Assembly: GCA_964016885.1 (NCBI GenBank)
Contig: OZ024748.1
Span: 18,724,001 to 18,788,000 of the forward strand
Direction: 5' to 3'
From: Eledone cirrhosa
Taxonomy: Eukaryota
DNA: 64,000 nt
The position numbers and the translations under genes were made by a program. This document shows, one piece after another, positions 14,161-26,744 of this stretch. The notes beneath the pieces are model-generated. The model was not told where the DNA came from. It ran no database searches and saw only the letters and a list, made by a program, of their open reading frames with translations. Each line of letters begins with the position of its first letter. The first letter of the stretch is position 1.

Positions 14161-14737
14161 TGTGAAATTTTACCTCTAATTAAAAACTGGACTTCTGTCT
14201 CGTTAAAGTCTGACTCAAATGGAAACTTCCAGATTTCTTTTTTTTTTCTTTTTATTATTTGTTTCTTTCTTTGTCATTTTTATTTTGGCAATATTTTTAA
14301 TGTTTTTCTTCATTGTAAATAATGACAAATGTTACAACATCACATCCTTGACTCCACCACCACACCACACCACCATCATACCACCATACCACCACACCTC
14401 TACTACATTACACCACCACACCACACCACTACACACTACACCACTACATCACACCACCATACAGCTCCACACCACACCACTATATCACACCACCATCTTA
14501 CCTCCACATCATTACACCATACCACCACACAACACCTCCACACCACACCACTACATCACACCACCAAAGTGCACCACACAACACCACAACATCCCTACAT
14601 CACACCTCCACACCACCTATTCCTAGCTATTTCATCCTCCAGTCACACCTTCATTACTTCAAAGTGATGTGAAGTCTAACACCTGCCTCACAAAGTAAAT
14701 AATTACTGAACTAATAGATTCTTTGATTGTCATTGGA

Positions 14738-15018
14738 CAGTGGCCATACTGGGGCATTGCTGACTGTGGCCATGCTAGGGCATTGTTGATTGTGGCCATG
14801 CTGGGGCATTGTCAACTGTGGCCATACTGGAGCACTGTTGACTGTAGCCATGCTGGGACATTGTTGACTGTGACTATTGTTGACAGTGACCATACTGGGG
14901 CACTGTTGACTGTGGCCATACTGGAGCATTGTTGACTGTGACTATTGTTGACAGTGGCCATACTGTAGCACTGTTGACTGTGGCCATGCTGGGTCATTGT
15001 TGACTGTAGCCATGCTGG
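14738..15018. repeat. About 26-bp minisatellite
   Basis: CATTGTTGACTGTGGCCATGCTGGGG units. Confidence 0.85.
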
Positions 15019-15400
15019 AGTAAAGATACACAACTGTATGCCACACGAGCATGCTGTCTGACGCTCTACCGGTTCTACTGTCAATCCACCGTCCCCCAAC
15101 AACTGTAGTAATAACAACAACAACAATAACATAGATGTAGAGATAATTTATTGAAAACATTGTTTATTTTGTTTAATAATATTTTTGTTGGTGTCACAAC
15201 ATACAAACAACAGATGTGTGTTTGATTGTTTATCACAGATAGCAGTTATACACACAGCACATATACATACATACAACATGGGCATGCGTGTATATATATA
15301 TATATATATACACACATGGGTATATATATACACACACCACAACACATACATGTACAGACAGCACATACACATATGTATACATGTGTATATATATACACAC

Positions 15401-15431
<31 letters not shown>

Positions 15432-15546
15432 CACGTGTGTGTGAGTATATATATATATATATACATACATGATGGCTGCCCCCTCGTTATCGAGTATGGC
15501 CATACATACATACATAAATATACATACATACATACATACATATATA

Positions 15547-15584
<38 letters not shown>

Positions 15585-15787
15585 CGTACATATACATACA
15601 TACACACATATATATATATATATACTTACATACATATATATAAACACATACACCACCTATAAACTCAATTCATTATATACATACCTGTCCATTATCATTC
15701 AATCTATACATGTAGCTCTACATATATCACACACATACATATATATATTGTATATACGTGTGTATATATATATATACACATATATAC

Positions 15788-15843
<56 letters not shown>

Positions 15844-15888
15844 ATCACACATACATCTATGTATATTGTATAAAAATGTAGATATATA

Positions 15889-17188
15889 CAGGGTGGGGCA
15901 TCAGTTCGGAAGCAAATTTTTGAAATTTGATTTCTAAAAGTGTTGTAAGTATATCATTAATCGTCTTCTTTTATTTTCTGGTTAAAACATTAGTCTATGT
16001 AAACATATTGGACTTTGTTTGAATTTCTTAAAATGTTTGAAAATATCAGCCAATAGAGAAATTATACTTAAACATCATAGCGCAGGGTGGTCAGATTCGG
16101 ATATTGCCAAGTTACTTTCAGTTGCAAGATCTACTGTTTGGAAAGCTGTGAAGCATTTTAATGAGCAAGGAGATTTGTTGTATAGACCCAGAAGTGGAAG
16201 ATCGCAAACTAAACGGACACCTACCCTCATTAAAGCCATTTGAGATAGGATATAAAGAAATCCAAAAAGGTCCATGAGAAAAATGACGAAAGATGTCCAA
16301 GTAAGCCCTAGGACAATGAGAAAGATATTCAAGGATGACTTGGGAATGTCTTCTTTCACCTTTCAGAAGAGACAAACCCTTTCTGAAAAGACAAAACAAA
16401 AAAGGCTAGAGAGAAGCAAGAATTTGCTTAAAGAAATGAAACATGGCAGGGCAGCGTAAATTGTCTGGTCAGATGAAAAGATTTTCACTGTTGAGCAAAC
16501 ACACAACTGAAGAAATGATCGAGTCATTGGAAAAAAAAAAAAGCATCAGCAATCAGTTTTGACGAAAAAATCTGTATTCCATACAATAAACCAGCTTCTG
16601 TTATGGTCTGATGTGGGGGAAGAGGTCTTTCATCTTCTTGAAAGTCTTCTCTCATTTTTGTGGAAGAAAGGACAAAAATCAGCTCCTAATCTTACATAAA
16701 CAGTATTCTGGAGCCTATGCTTGCTTCTGCAACCAATCATTTTGGCAATGATTATCTGTGGACCATCCAACCACCTCCCATACAATAAATGTCACACCAG
16801 CTTGGTGCAGAGGCCATCTTCTGAGGTTCTCGTCAAATAGAAATGTGACCTCCTTGTTCACCTGATTTGAACCCTATGGACTTTTCAGTATGGTCTATTC
16901 TTGAAAAAAAAAGGCTGTTCAAAAGTTCATAAGACAGTCAATAATTTAAAGATATCTTTACTGAGCTTGGAAAGAAATTCCCCAAGAAATGTTGTGTGCT
17001 TCAGTGAAAGATGTTCAACGGAGGTTAGAGGCTGTTATTGCTGCATGAGGAGGCCATTTTGAATAAACTCTATAAATTATATTCTAAAGATATTTATGTA
17101 TAATTACATATATGTTGCTGGTCAATAAAGTTAGTAGTTTTGTTAATAAAAGCATTTTTGTTTGCTTCCAAACTTAAACTCCACACTG
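15889..17188 (+). mobile_element. Decayed Tc1/mariner DNA transposon, maT (DD37D)-like, about 1.3 kb
   Basis: 28-bp TIRs (CAGGGTGGGGCATCAGTTCGGAAGCAAA and 17161-17188, 22/28 match), left flank TA, internal transposase remnants. Confidence 0.9.
16040..17066 (+). pseudogene. Transposase pseudogene
   Basis: HTH region (IAKLLSVARSTV...RPRSGR), VWSDEKIF, RNDRV, SPDLNPMDFSVWSIL, GGHFE*; several stops and frameshifts. Confidence 0.88.
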
Positions 17189-18859
17189 TGTATATATATC
17201 ACATACATACATATTGTATAAACATGTAGATATATATGTATATATCACATACATACATATATTGTATAAACAAGGGATCTTGATTGTGAAAATTATTATT
17301 TGTTTACATATACACATGCATGTATAGACATACATTTGACATAAACACATATCTGTATAGTGTATTGAAGCAGATAAGTAATAAATAACTGGATGATGAT
17401 GATGAGAAGGGGGAGGAGAAGGGAGAGGAGGAGGAGGAGGAGGAGAAGTGAGAGTAGGGTGTGGAGGAGTATGGTTAAGTGGTTTTAGAATTAAATAAGT
17501 TTCTCTTTTTATGTGTGTATTTGTGTGTGTGTGTTTTTGTTGTGGGAAATCATACATACATTTTTTACAACAAAAACAATTTATTAATTTCCATTCAACC
17601 TTCCCACAAAAAAAAAAAAAAAAAATAAAGGAAACAAAACAAACAAGAATTGACCTCCGGCCTTGTCCACCACACATCTAATCTAAAAACGTCTAAAGTC
17701 TGTATTATCCCAGTCTCTGTGGCATAAAGCAACTGAGAGTACAAGACTTCCCCCTGGACAGGATGCCAGTCCATTGCAGGGTTAAAGATTGTCTCAAGCC
17801 CAGAGACTCATCAGGCTGTGTCTTATCCTGGTTTCCATGAAGTGTGAAGCAACTGACAGTACAAGACTACCCTGGACAGGACGCCAGTCCATCAAAGGGT
17901 TAAAGTCTGTCACGAGCCTGGAGGCCCATCAGCCTGATTTCCATGGCAAGAAGCAACTGAGAGTATAAGACTGCCCACAGGACAGGACGCCAGTCCATCA
18001 CAGGGTTAAACTCCCAGCTATTGGTGGTTCTCATTTTCAGCTGAGTATACTGGAGCAACGTGAAATGAAATGCTTTGCTCAAGAACGCAGTACACAACCC
18101 AGCCCAGGAACCGAACCCACGACATTATGATCGTAAGTCCAACACCCTTACCACTAGGCCATGCACCTCCACACATCTAATGCCCCACCCCAAAAAAAAC
18201 AACATATATGGATTTTGAAACATTCTAAAATAATATCTTGGCTTGATACTACAGGATTTAGTCATAAAGTGACCAAACCACAACTTACAGCAGTGGTTCT
18301 CAACCATTTTACTGCCATTGACCCCTTTTATTGAAATGGATTTTACCACGGGTCTCCTCCATTTAATCTACAATTGGTACCTTCCTACATAAACGCTAAA
18401 AGTAGAACAACAATAACAACACCATCATCAACAATTGGGGGATAAGTGTGTGTGTGAGACTAGGGGATGGCGGTGAAGAAGACGAAAATATATAAGAGGA
18501 AGACATGTAAAATAGTTTGTAGTTCACATATTATATAGATATATAATATATATATTACATTCTCACACACAAACATATATATATATATTATACATACATA
18601 TATTTCACACAGCCACACATATTTATATTTTACACACACACATTATATATATATATATATATATTTCACACACATATATTTATATATTTTACACACATAC
18701 ATATATTATATATTCATATACACATATTTTGCACAGATACACACGCTTATATATAACCTTGCTAACTTATACTCAATCCCTCTCTCTCTCACAGCTTTAC
18801 TGTATCTCCCTCTTCTCCCATTTACTCTATTTATCTCTATCTCACACATCTTTACACTA

Positions 18860-18894
<35 letters not shown>

Positions 18895-19193
18895 CACTCA
18901 AGTTTTCCAAGTTACCTCTATGGTTTGTCTTCATTTACCTGTATATCTAATTAGTTTCATCAACAATGATTAAACCTCTCCACCTCTATATCTCTCTATC
19001 CTACCCCCCCCCCCCCCGCACACATTCATCCTTACTTCACTCTGTTCATAATATCTATCTTTCTCTCTCTCCAGCCATCTCCTACACATCCATCTCTCTC
19101 TCCACCGCTACCTCTACATATTCACCTCTTTATCTATTATTCTGTCTGTCTATATCCATCTATATATCCATCCATCCATCTGTCTATCTATCT

Positions 19194-19495
19194 TATGAAA
19201 GGTGGGTGAAAGTGGCGAGAATGGCCCGGTTGACTGAGCCTTCTCTTTACATCAGCCTGTAGGTGGAAAAGAGGAAGGAACGAGGGAGCACCCTCTCTCT
19301 GTGCTCCTGAGGAGAAGGGGTTGCACACCTTTTTCGGGGGTGTGTGCGACCCCCCAAACGCCCCCTCCCTATTGAGGACTTTATTGTTAATTTTATATTT
19401 GTTATTTGTTTTCTTTACTCGCCTTTTTGTGTAAACTCCCCCCATTGTACTTGTCCCACTTTTTGATGCCCTGGTGGCAAATAAAAAGAAAATTA
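19194..19495 (+). mobile_element. LINE 3' end (L1/Tx1-like) inside an (ATCT)n tract
   Basis: RWVKVARMARL..* remnant, two GC hairpins, T-rich UTR, AATAAA; a second short 3' end at 19531-19570. Confidence 0.5.
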
Positions 19496-19596
19496 TCTAT
19501 CTATCTATCCATCCATCTATCTATCTATCCATTCCCCTTCTTTTGTGCCCCTGTGGCTAATAAAGAAATATATCTATCTATCCATCCATCTATCTG

Positions 19597-19638
<42 letters not shown>

Positions 19639-20574
19639 CATCTATCTGCCTCTCTATCCATCTCCTATTCATTCATCTCTCTCTCTCCAGAGATCTATTC
19701 ATCCATCTATCTGTCTGCCTATCTATTTATCTCTCTATATCTATTATCTATCTATCTGTCTACCTTTACTTCTCTCTCCAGTCATCTATTCATCCATCTA
19801 TCTGCCTGCCTCTATCTGTCTATCAGCTCATTCCTCTCCTTTTTCTCTTCCAACATTTATCTAGCAATCTATCTATCTATCTCTGTTAATCCCCTATTTC
19901 TCCATCCAGTTATCTATTCACCTCCCCCGCCTCTATCTACCTTTCCTCACCCTTCCCCTATCCCCCCCCCCCACCCGCCCGCTATCTCAACTACACTAAC
20001 AATATATTTCTGTTTACAACAAAGATGTCACATATCTATTGTCCTACGAAACATCATCACAAACCAGACCATAGTACCCTCGTATTCTATAGTACCCTCG
20101 TTCTAATACAAGTAGAACAATTTCTAGTGCACTTCTAATAGATTGGGTCACAGCACACTAACTAAGATTGATGCATTTGATCAGCAGTTTCAGTGAGGAT
20201 GAGGAGGATGGGGAGGATGAGGAGGAATGGTAGGAGAGAATATAGATAATGTCCCTCAGCTTATAATGTCTCTCAAGTCCTGATATGAGGACTGGGATCC
20301 CTATCATTAAAATACCCAAGAAATTTCCAATGAGATGCAACCTTGCAGGAGGTCAGCTAAACCTGCACAGGTGTAGACATAGGACTGGGATCCCTATCAT
20401 TTAAACAAAAGAGATTTCTTATGGGATGTAACCTTTAGGAGGCCTGCAAATCCTCGTATATAGGTGTGAGCTTTAACAGCAACACACATGCACATGATCT
20501 CCTATCTTCAACATATCAGTGAAGAGAGAGAGAGAGAGAGTGCAACATGTCCATATTGTCATACTGTCATAGGA

Positions 20575-21362
20575 CGTGGTGGATCAAGGTTGCTCTGGGG
20601 GTTATACAGCAACAACTATGTGTCATAGGACTGCTGGATCAAGGCTGACCTGGGGCTAGAGGACTGGTGGATCAGGGCTGATCTGGGGCTTGAGGACTGT
20701 TGGATCATTGCTGACCTAGAGCTACACAGCAACAACTGTGTGTCATAGGACTGCTGGATCAAGGCTGACCTGGGGCTAGAGGACTGCTGGATCAGGGCTG
20801 ATCTGGGGCTTGAGGACTGTTGGATCATTGCTGACCTAGAGCTACACAGCAACAACTGTGTGTCATAGGACTGCTGGATCAAGGCTGACCTGGGGCTAGA
20901 GGACTGCTGGATCAGGGCTGATCTGGGGCTTGAGGACTGTTGGATCATTGCTGACCTAGAGCTACACAGCAACAACTGTGTGTCATAGGACTGCTGGATC
21001 AAGGCTGACCTGGAGCTTGAGGACTGGTGGATCATGGCTGATCTAGGGCTAGAGGACTGGTGGATCAGGACTGACCTCGGGCTATACAACAACTGTGAGT
21101 CAGGTCTGGTGGATCCGGACTGACCTGGAGCTAGAGGACCTCTGGATCATGGCTGACCTGGAGCTAGAGGACCTCTGGATCATGGCTGACCTGGGGCTAG
21201 AGGACCTCTGGATCTGGGTTGACCTGGGGCAAGAGGACTGGTGGATTAGGGCTGACCTAGGGCTAGAAGACTGGTGGATCAGGACTGACCTCAGGCTATA
21301 CAACAACAACTGTGAGTCAGGTTTGGTGGATCAGGGCTGACCTGGGGCTAGAGGACTGCTGG
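20575..21362. repeat. 30-bp minisatellite with 120-bp higher-order repeat
   Basis: GGACTGCTGGATCAAGGCTGACCTGGGGCTAGA-type units; lines 20641, 20761 and 20881 are almost identical. Confidence 0.9.
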
Positions 21363-21369
21363 ATTATTT

Positions 21370-22290
21370 AAATATTACCACTATATGAACGTTTATATCT
21401 CACATATATATTATATTACCATAGTATTAGATATTTCCACAGTCAATTCCACCTGTAAACCATTTAAATATTACCATGGTGTCAAAATTTCCACATTACC
21501 ATCAATATCTCATTTAAATATTATCATGGTATGAACTGTTTCTACATTACCATCAATATACCATTTACATATTATCATGGTATGAACTGTTTCTACATTA
21601 CCATCTGTATACCATTTAAATACTGACATGATATCAATCATTTCCAGTCAATTCCATCTGTAAACCATTTAAATATAACTATGGTGTCAACCATTGTATG
21701 AGCCATTTAAATATTGCCATGCTAATACAATTTCCAAATTACCACAGACAGTTTTGTCTCTATTACCATGGTATCAACCATCTCCACAAAACCATTTGTA
21801 TACCATTAACATATTATCATGGTATCAACCATTTTCACCATACCATTTCTATACCATTAACATATCATGGTATCAACCATTTTCATACCATTTGCATATC
21901 ATTAACATATTATCTTGGTATCAACCATTTTCACAATACCCTTTTTATACCATTAACATATTATCATGATATCAACCATTTTCATAATACCATTTGTATA
22001 TCATTAACATATCATGGTATCAACCATTTTCACAATACCATTTGTATATCATTAACATATCATGGTATCAACCATTTTCACAATACCATTTGTATATCAT
22101 TAACATATCATGGTATCAACCATTTTCACAATACCATTTTTATACCATTTAACACATTATCACTGTATCAACCATTTTCACAGTCCATTCCATTTGAATA
22201 CCATTTAAACACTAACATGGTATTAACAGTTCCACAGTTAATACCACATGTATGCCACTTAAATATTACCATCTTCATACCATTTCCACA
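21370..22290. repeat. AT-rich 47-50-bp degenerate tandem array
   Basis: ACCATTTGTATATCATTAACATATCATGGTATCAACCATTTTCACAAT units. Confidence 0.85.
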
Positions 22291-23598
22291 ATACCTCTCT
22301 TGTATTACAGTATTAGTTCTTTGTCATAGCCACAATATTTTTATTTGTTAACAAGTCATTAATAATTAAGTAGTATTGTTATTGTTTTACCAATTGTTAA
22401 TATATTAGTAATATACCATTGTTTTAACCATTGTCAACATAGTGGTAAACTCCTCCCACACATCTTTACTACAGTGATAGCTCTGGTCCTTTTTTTGTTT
22501 GTTTGAAGAATTATTTCATGAATGATGAAGCTATTTCACTGACAGGCTTTCAAAGAATAGAATAATCTCTCTTGGTAATCAATTATAATTATTCAAACTA
22601 TCAAATGGTTCCAACAGACATATGACCAAATATTTTGCTATTATGACCACATGATCTATTTTGATACAGAGCCCATTTGACCACATTGTCTAATGTGTCT
22701 TTCTTTGTTGTTTAATCTCAGGTCAACCCTGGCCCAATACACTTATGATCTTAGATATTCTATCTGTGACCATTCCATATTTTATTTTGACACAGTGTAT
22801 CTAAGACTCCATTATCCAGTGTGTCCTCCTTTGCTGTTGCTGTTGTATAGTTTGAGGTCATCCATGATTCGACAAACCTATGATCAAAGATGTTCCAGCT
22901 GTGAATATTCCATCTTTTATTTTGACACAGTGTATCTATGATTACATTATCCAATGTGCCATTTCATGTTGTTGTTGTTGTTTAGTCCTAGGTCAGTTCT
23001 GATCCAATAGACATCCAATCAAAGATGTTTTAGCTATGACCTTTAAGTTGTTTAGCCCCAGGTCATTTCTGATCCAATAGACAAAATGGTCAAAAATGTT
23101 CAAGCTGTGATCATTCCATCTTCTATGTAGATACAGTGATTCAACAACCACATTGTCTAAAGTCACTTTCTTTGTTGTTGTTGTTTAGCCCTAGGTAAAT
23201 TCTTATGGAATATGGTATGGTCCTGTAACTCCTAATGGAGTTGGAAGGGCTATGTATTCACACACAAGGTTTTTTGTGGGGCATTTTAAGCCTGGCAGAG
23301 CCCATCTCCTCTCCAGCAGATTTCTTCCAGAGAATGATAGAGAAAGTGAGAGAGAATATACCAAAAATCAAAAATATTCCATCTATAACCATCCTGTCTT
23401 GTTATAAATCCAAGACTTTAGAATTCAATGTGTCCTTGTTTATTTATTTTTAAGGGAAAAGAGTGAGGTTTAAGGGAGAATTGCCTGTTGTTTTTAACAG
23501 GTCAAGACTGTGTGTAAAGAGTTCCCTTGAAGCCATCGAATGGTTTATGTGATGTTGAGACTTCACATCAATTTTGGAAGGTCAAGGACAAGACTGCA

Positions 23599-23627
<29 letters not shown>

Positions 23628-23631
<4 letters not shown>

Positions 23632-23915
23632 CGGTTAGGGTATTTTGGCTCTAGATACTAAGGTCGTGAGTTTGATTTTCAGTGGTGTCCTGTGTCCTTG
23701 AGCAAGACACTTTATTTCACATTGCTCCAGTCCACTCAGCTGGCAAAGATGAGTTGTACTTGTGATTTGAAGGGCCAGCCTTGTCACATTCTGTGTCACA
23801 CTGAATCTCCCTGAGAACTATGTTATGGGTATATGTGTTTGTGGAATGGTCAGCCACTTGCACATTAATTTCACGAGCAGGCTGTTCCATTGATTGTATC
23901 AACTGGAACACTTGA
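23628..23915 (+). mobile_element. tRNA-headed SINE, family B
   Basis: Aligns by eye to 9770-10073. Confidence 0.8.
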
Positions 23916-25125
23916 AGTGCTGTTAGATATATATATATTTGAAAGATGGAAGCCCAAGTGTTGGTCCAAGAGATATTATGTATAGCCATAACAATATTAT
24001 GATCACAGGGTTATAAAGAACAAGGAATGTGGAAACTTCATTCTCTTTTTGGCACAAATTATCCTTTGGTTTTGATATATTGTAAAAAAAAATTTTTAGA
24101 TTTATCCAGAAACTCTTTCTGAAATGAATAAATAGTTTTCTTTTGTTTGTTTGTTTTCTTGGGGTTTTTTTTTTTTTGTCTCAACACAATGACGACATTA
24201 TAGGAAGACATGTTTTGTTAACTGGGGTGACTCCAATATATTACTGGTATTTGATTTGTTAATTCCAGGGAAATGTAAAAATGAAATCAGTGCAATGAAA
24301 GGGGTCAATGAACTCAGAAATATTGAAATATTAAACATTGTAGTGTAAACCTCTATGTTGTATCATTTGCTGCACAATAACCCCTCCCCTGTATATATAT
24401 ATATATATATATATCCAGGGAGAGTCGGGTCAGATCGATACAGATTGAATCTTGAGCTGATCAATAGTGAAACGCGCGTCACCAATCAATAAACATAATG
24501 AAGGCTTAACAAATCGTCCTTTGTATTATTATATATGTATATATATACTGTAATAAATGTTTGGTAGAAATATCCAAGGGTAAGAGCACTCAGTCCATAG
24601 GATGAGTTTAATATAAAAATATAAATAGCTACAATAGTGACATAAACAGGTACTTAAGTTTCGTTGGCTTCTGGACCTCAACTCATTCAGCCTGTCATAA
24701 GAAAAAGTTGCGGTCCTGAACCCTATGAAACTTAAGAACCTATTTATGTCACTGTTGTAACTATATATACACACACACATGTCGAAGTTTAAATATGTAA
24801 ATTTACATATGTAAATAGTGAGTATGTAGAGTTTGTTTAGATCCTCTGTGTGTAGGTAGATAAGTTTGGATTTCACATGGGCTTGTGAGTGGAAATCATG
24901 AATTCTGGAATGGGTGTGGCCAATATTGACTAGGTGGGAGGGTGTGGCTTTTATTGACTGGAAGTGGGGCTCTGTATTGATTGTTTGGGAGGGTGGAGCC
25001 TTTATTGATTGGGGCTGTATTTTGCATTGATTGACAGTTTTGTTTGAATTAGATTTCTTAGCCTTGTATTATATAATTCCATTTGCCTCTTGGATACTTT
25101 ATAGGAATCACATTGCTTGCAGTGG

Positions 25126-25572
25126 AGTCTGTATCAACTGGGGGTGTGGTCTATATTGACAGAGGGTGTGGTCTGTATCAACTGGGGGTGTGGTCTATAT
25201 TGACAGAGGGTGTGGTCTATATTGACAGAGGGTGTGGTCTGTATCAACTGAGGGTGTGGTCTGTATTGACAGAGGGCCTGGTCTGTATCAACTGGAGGCA
25301 TGGTTTGTATTGACAGAGGGTCTGTATCAAATGGGGGTGTGGTCTGTATTGACAGAGGGCATGGTTTATCTCAATTGGGGGTGTGGTCTGTATTGACAGA
25401 GGGCATGGTTTATCTCAATTGGGGGTGTGGTCTGTATTGACAGAGGGCATGGTTTATCTCAATTGGGGGTGTGGTCTGTATTGACAGAAGGCATGGTCTA
25501 TCTCAATTGGGGGTGTGGTCTGTATTGACAGAGGGCATGGTCTATCTCAATTGGGGGTGTGGTCTGTATTAG
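25126..25572. repeat. G-rich 22/44-bp array just after the FERM stop codon (putative 3'UTR)
   Basis: GGGGGTGTGGTCTGTATTGACAGAGGGCATGGTTTATCTCAATT units. Confidence 0.85.
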
Positions 25573-25691
25573 TTTTGTATTATAATTCCATTTACCTCAA
25601 GGATCCTTTATAGGAATTATATTGCTGTGGGGTGGAGGGGATGTGGTCTGTATTAATTAAGAAGGTGGTGGGTCTATTACACCTTCCTGAG

Positions 25692-26744
25692 TTAAAGTTC
25701 TGTAGCTTCTTCATTGGTCTGTCCTGCATGGAAGACAACTGTTAAATTTGAATCTTTAGTTATTGATGGTCGACCTGGGTCAATATCTTCTGGAGTTCGA
25801 ATGTGTCGCGACTTCGAAGAATGACCTTCTCTGTCAATGTGAGAACTATGCCGTGACCTTGAGTGTCTTTCCCTGTCACCGTGGGAACCTGAACGGTGTT
25901 GGTGAGAACTGCTGCTACGCCCTTCACTGTGTCGAGATCTGTGCGATGGCCTGTAGTTTCCACCTTGCTCTGTTGTTCTATCTGTTCGTGAGTAATGAGT
26001 GTGTCTTGACCGGTGAACAGGCGTGTAACTGCCGTGGTCACTGTCCTCATGCTGGGTGTATGTCCGTCGTCCAGTGTGGACCGGTGTATAAGAGCCAGCG
26101 TTAGGGCTGTCTGTAGCTGTAGGGCTCTGCCAGTTAGATGGGCGCTCATGTCTGTGGACACCATGATCACTCTCTGTGCCATGTCTACTCGAGTGATGTT
26201 GACCTGGAGTGTCACTCTCGGTGCCACGTCTACTCGAGTGATGCCCCTGAGTGTCACTTTCGGTTCCACGTCTACTCGAGTGAGGTCCTGGAGTTTCACT
26301 CTCTGTGCCATGTCTACTCGAGTGATGTTGACCTGGAGTGTCACTCTCGGTGCCACGTCTACTCGAGTGATGCCCCTGAGTGTCACTTTCGGTTCCACGT
26401 CTACTCGAGTGAGGTCCTGGAGTTTCATTCTCTGTGCCATGTCTACTCGAGTGATGTTGACCTGGAGTGTCACTCTCAGTGCCACGTCTACTCGAGTGAT
26501 GCCCCTGAGTGTCACTCTCAGTTCCACGTCTACTCGAGTGAGGTCCTGGAGTTTCACTCTCTGTGCCATGTCTACTCGAATGATGTTGACCTGGAGTTTC
26601 ACTCTCGGTGCCACGTCTACTCGAGTGATGCCCCTGAGTGTCACTCTCAGTTCCACGTCTACTCGAGTGAGGTCCTGGAGTTTCACTCTCTGTTCCATGT
26701 CTACTGGAGTGATGTTGTCCTGGAGTTTCACTCTCCAATCCAGG
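25692..26744 (-). CDS. EPB41L4A: FERM gene terminal exon: His/Ser/Arg/Gly-rich repeats, ends EEATEL*
   Basis: T-rich tract then ttag|CCT GGA TTG; phase 0 matches exon w; 350 open codons to TAA. Confidence 0.8.
   Translation of the reverse strand, partial: PGLESETPGQHHSSRHGTESETPGPHSSRRGTESDTQGHHSSRRGTESETPGQHHSSRHGTESETPGPHSSRRGTESDTQGHHSSRRGTESDTPGQHHSSRHGTENETPGPHSSRRGTESDTQGHHSSRRGTESDTPGQHHSSRHGTESETPGPHSSRRGTESDTQGHHSSRRGTESDTPGQHHSSRHGTESDHGVHRHERPSNWQSPTATDSPNAGSYTPVHTGRRTYTQHEDSDHGSYTPVHRSRHTHYSRTDRTTEQGGNYRPSHRSRHSEGRSSSSHQHRSGSHGDRERHSRSRHSSHIDREGHSSKSRHIRTPEDIDPGRPSITKDSNLTVVFHAGQTNEEATEL

Noticed and set aside
20616-21340. SSSPRSALIQQ repeat ORFs as an extra coding exon
   Set aside because: Downstream of the stop codon, no ATG or splice support, and the unit matches a dispersed repeat
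11500-26744. Chitin-binding gene and His-rich repeat as a beak-type CBP/HBP pair, or as one gene
   Set aside because: The His-rich exon splices to a cytoplasmic FERM protein and has its own stop, while the chitin-binding gene has its own ATG and signal peptide; adjacency alone is not evidence
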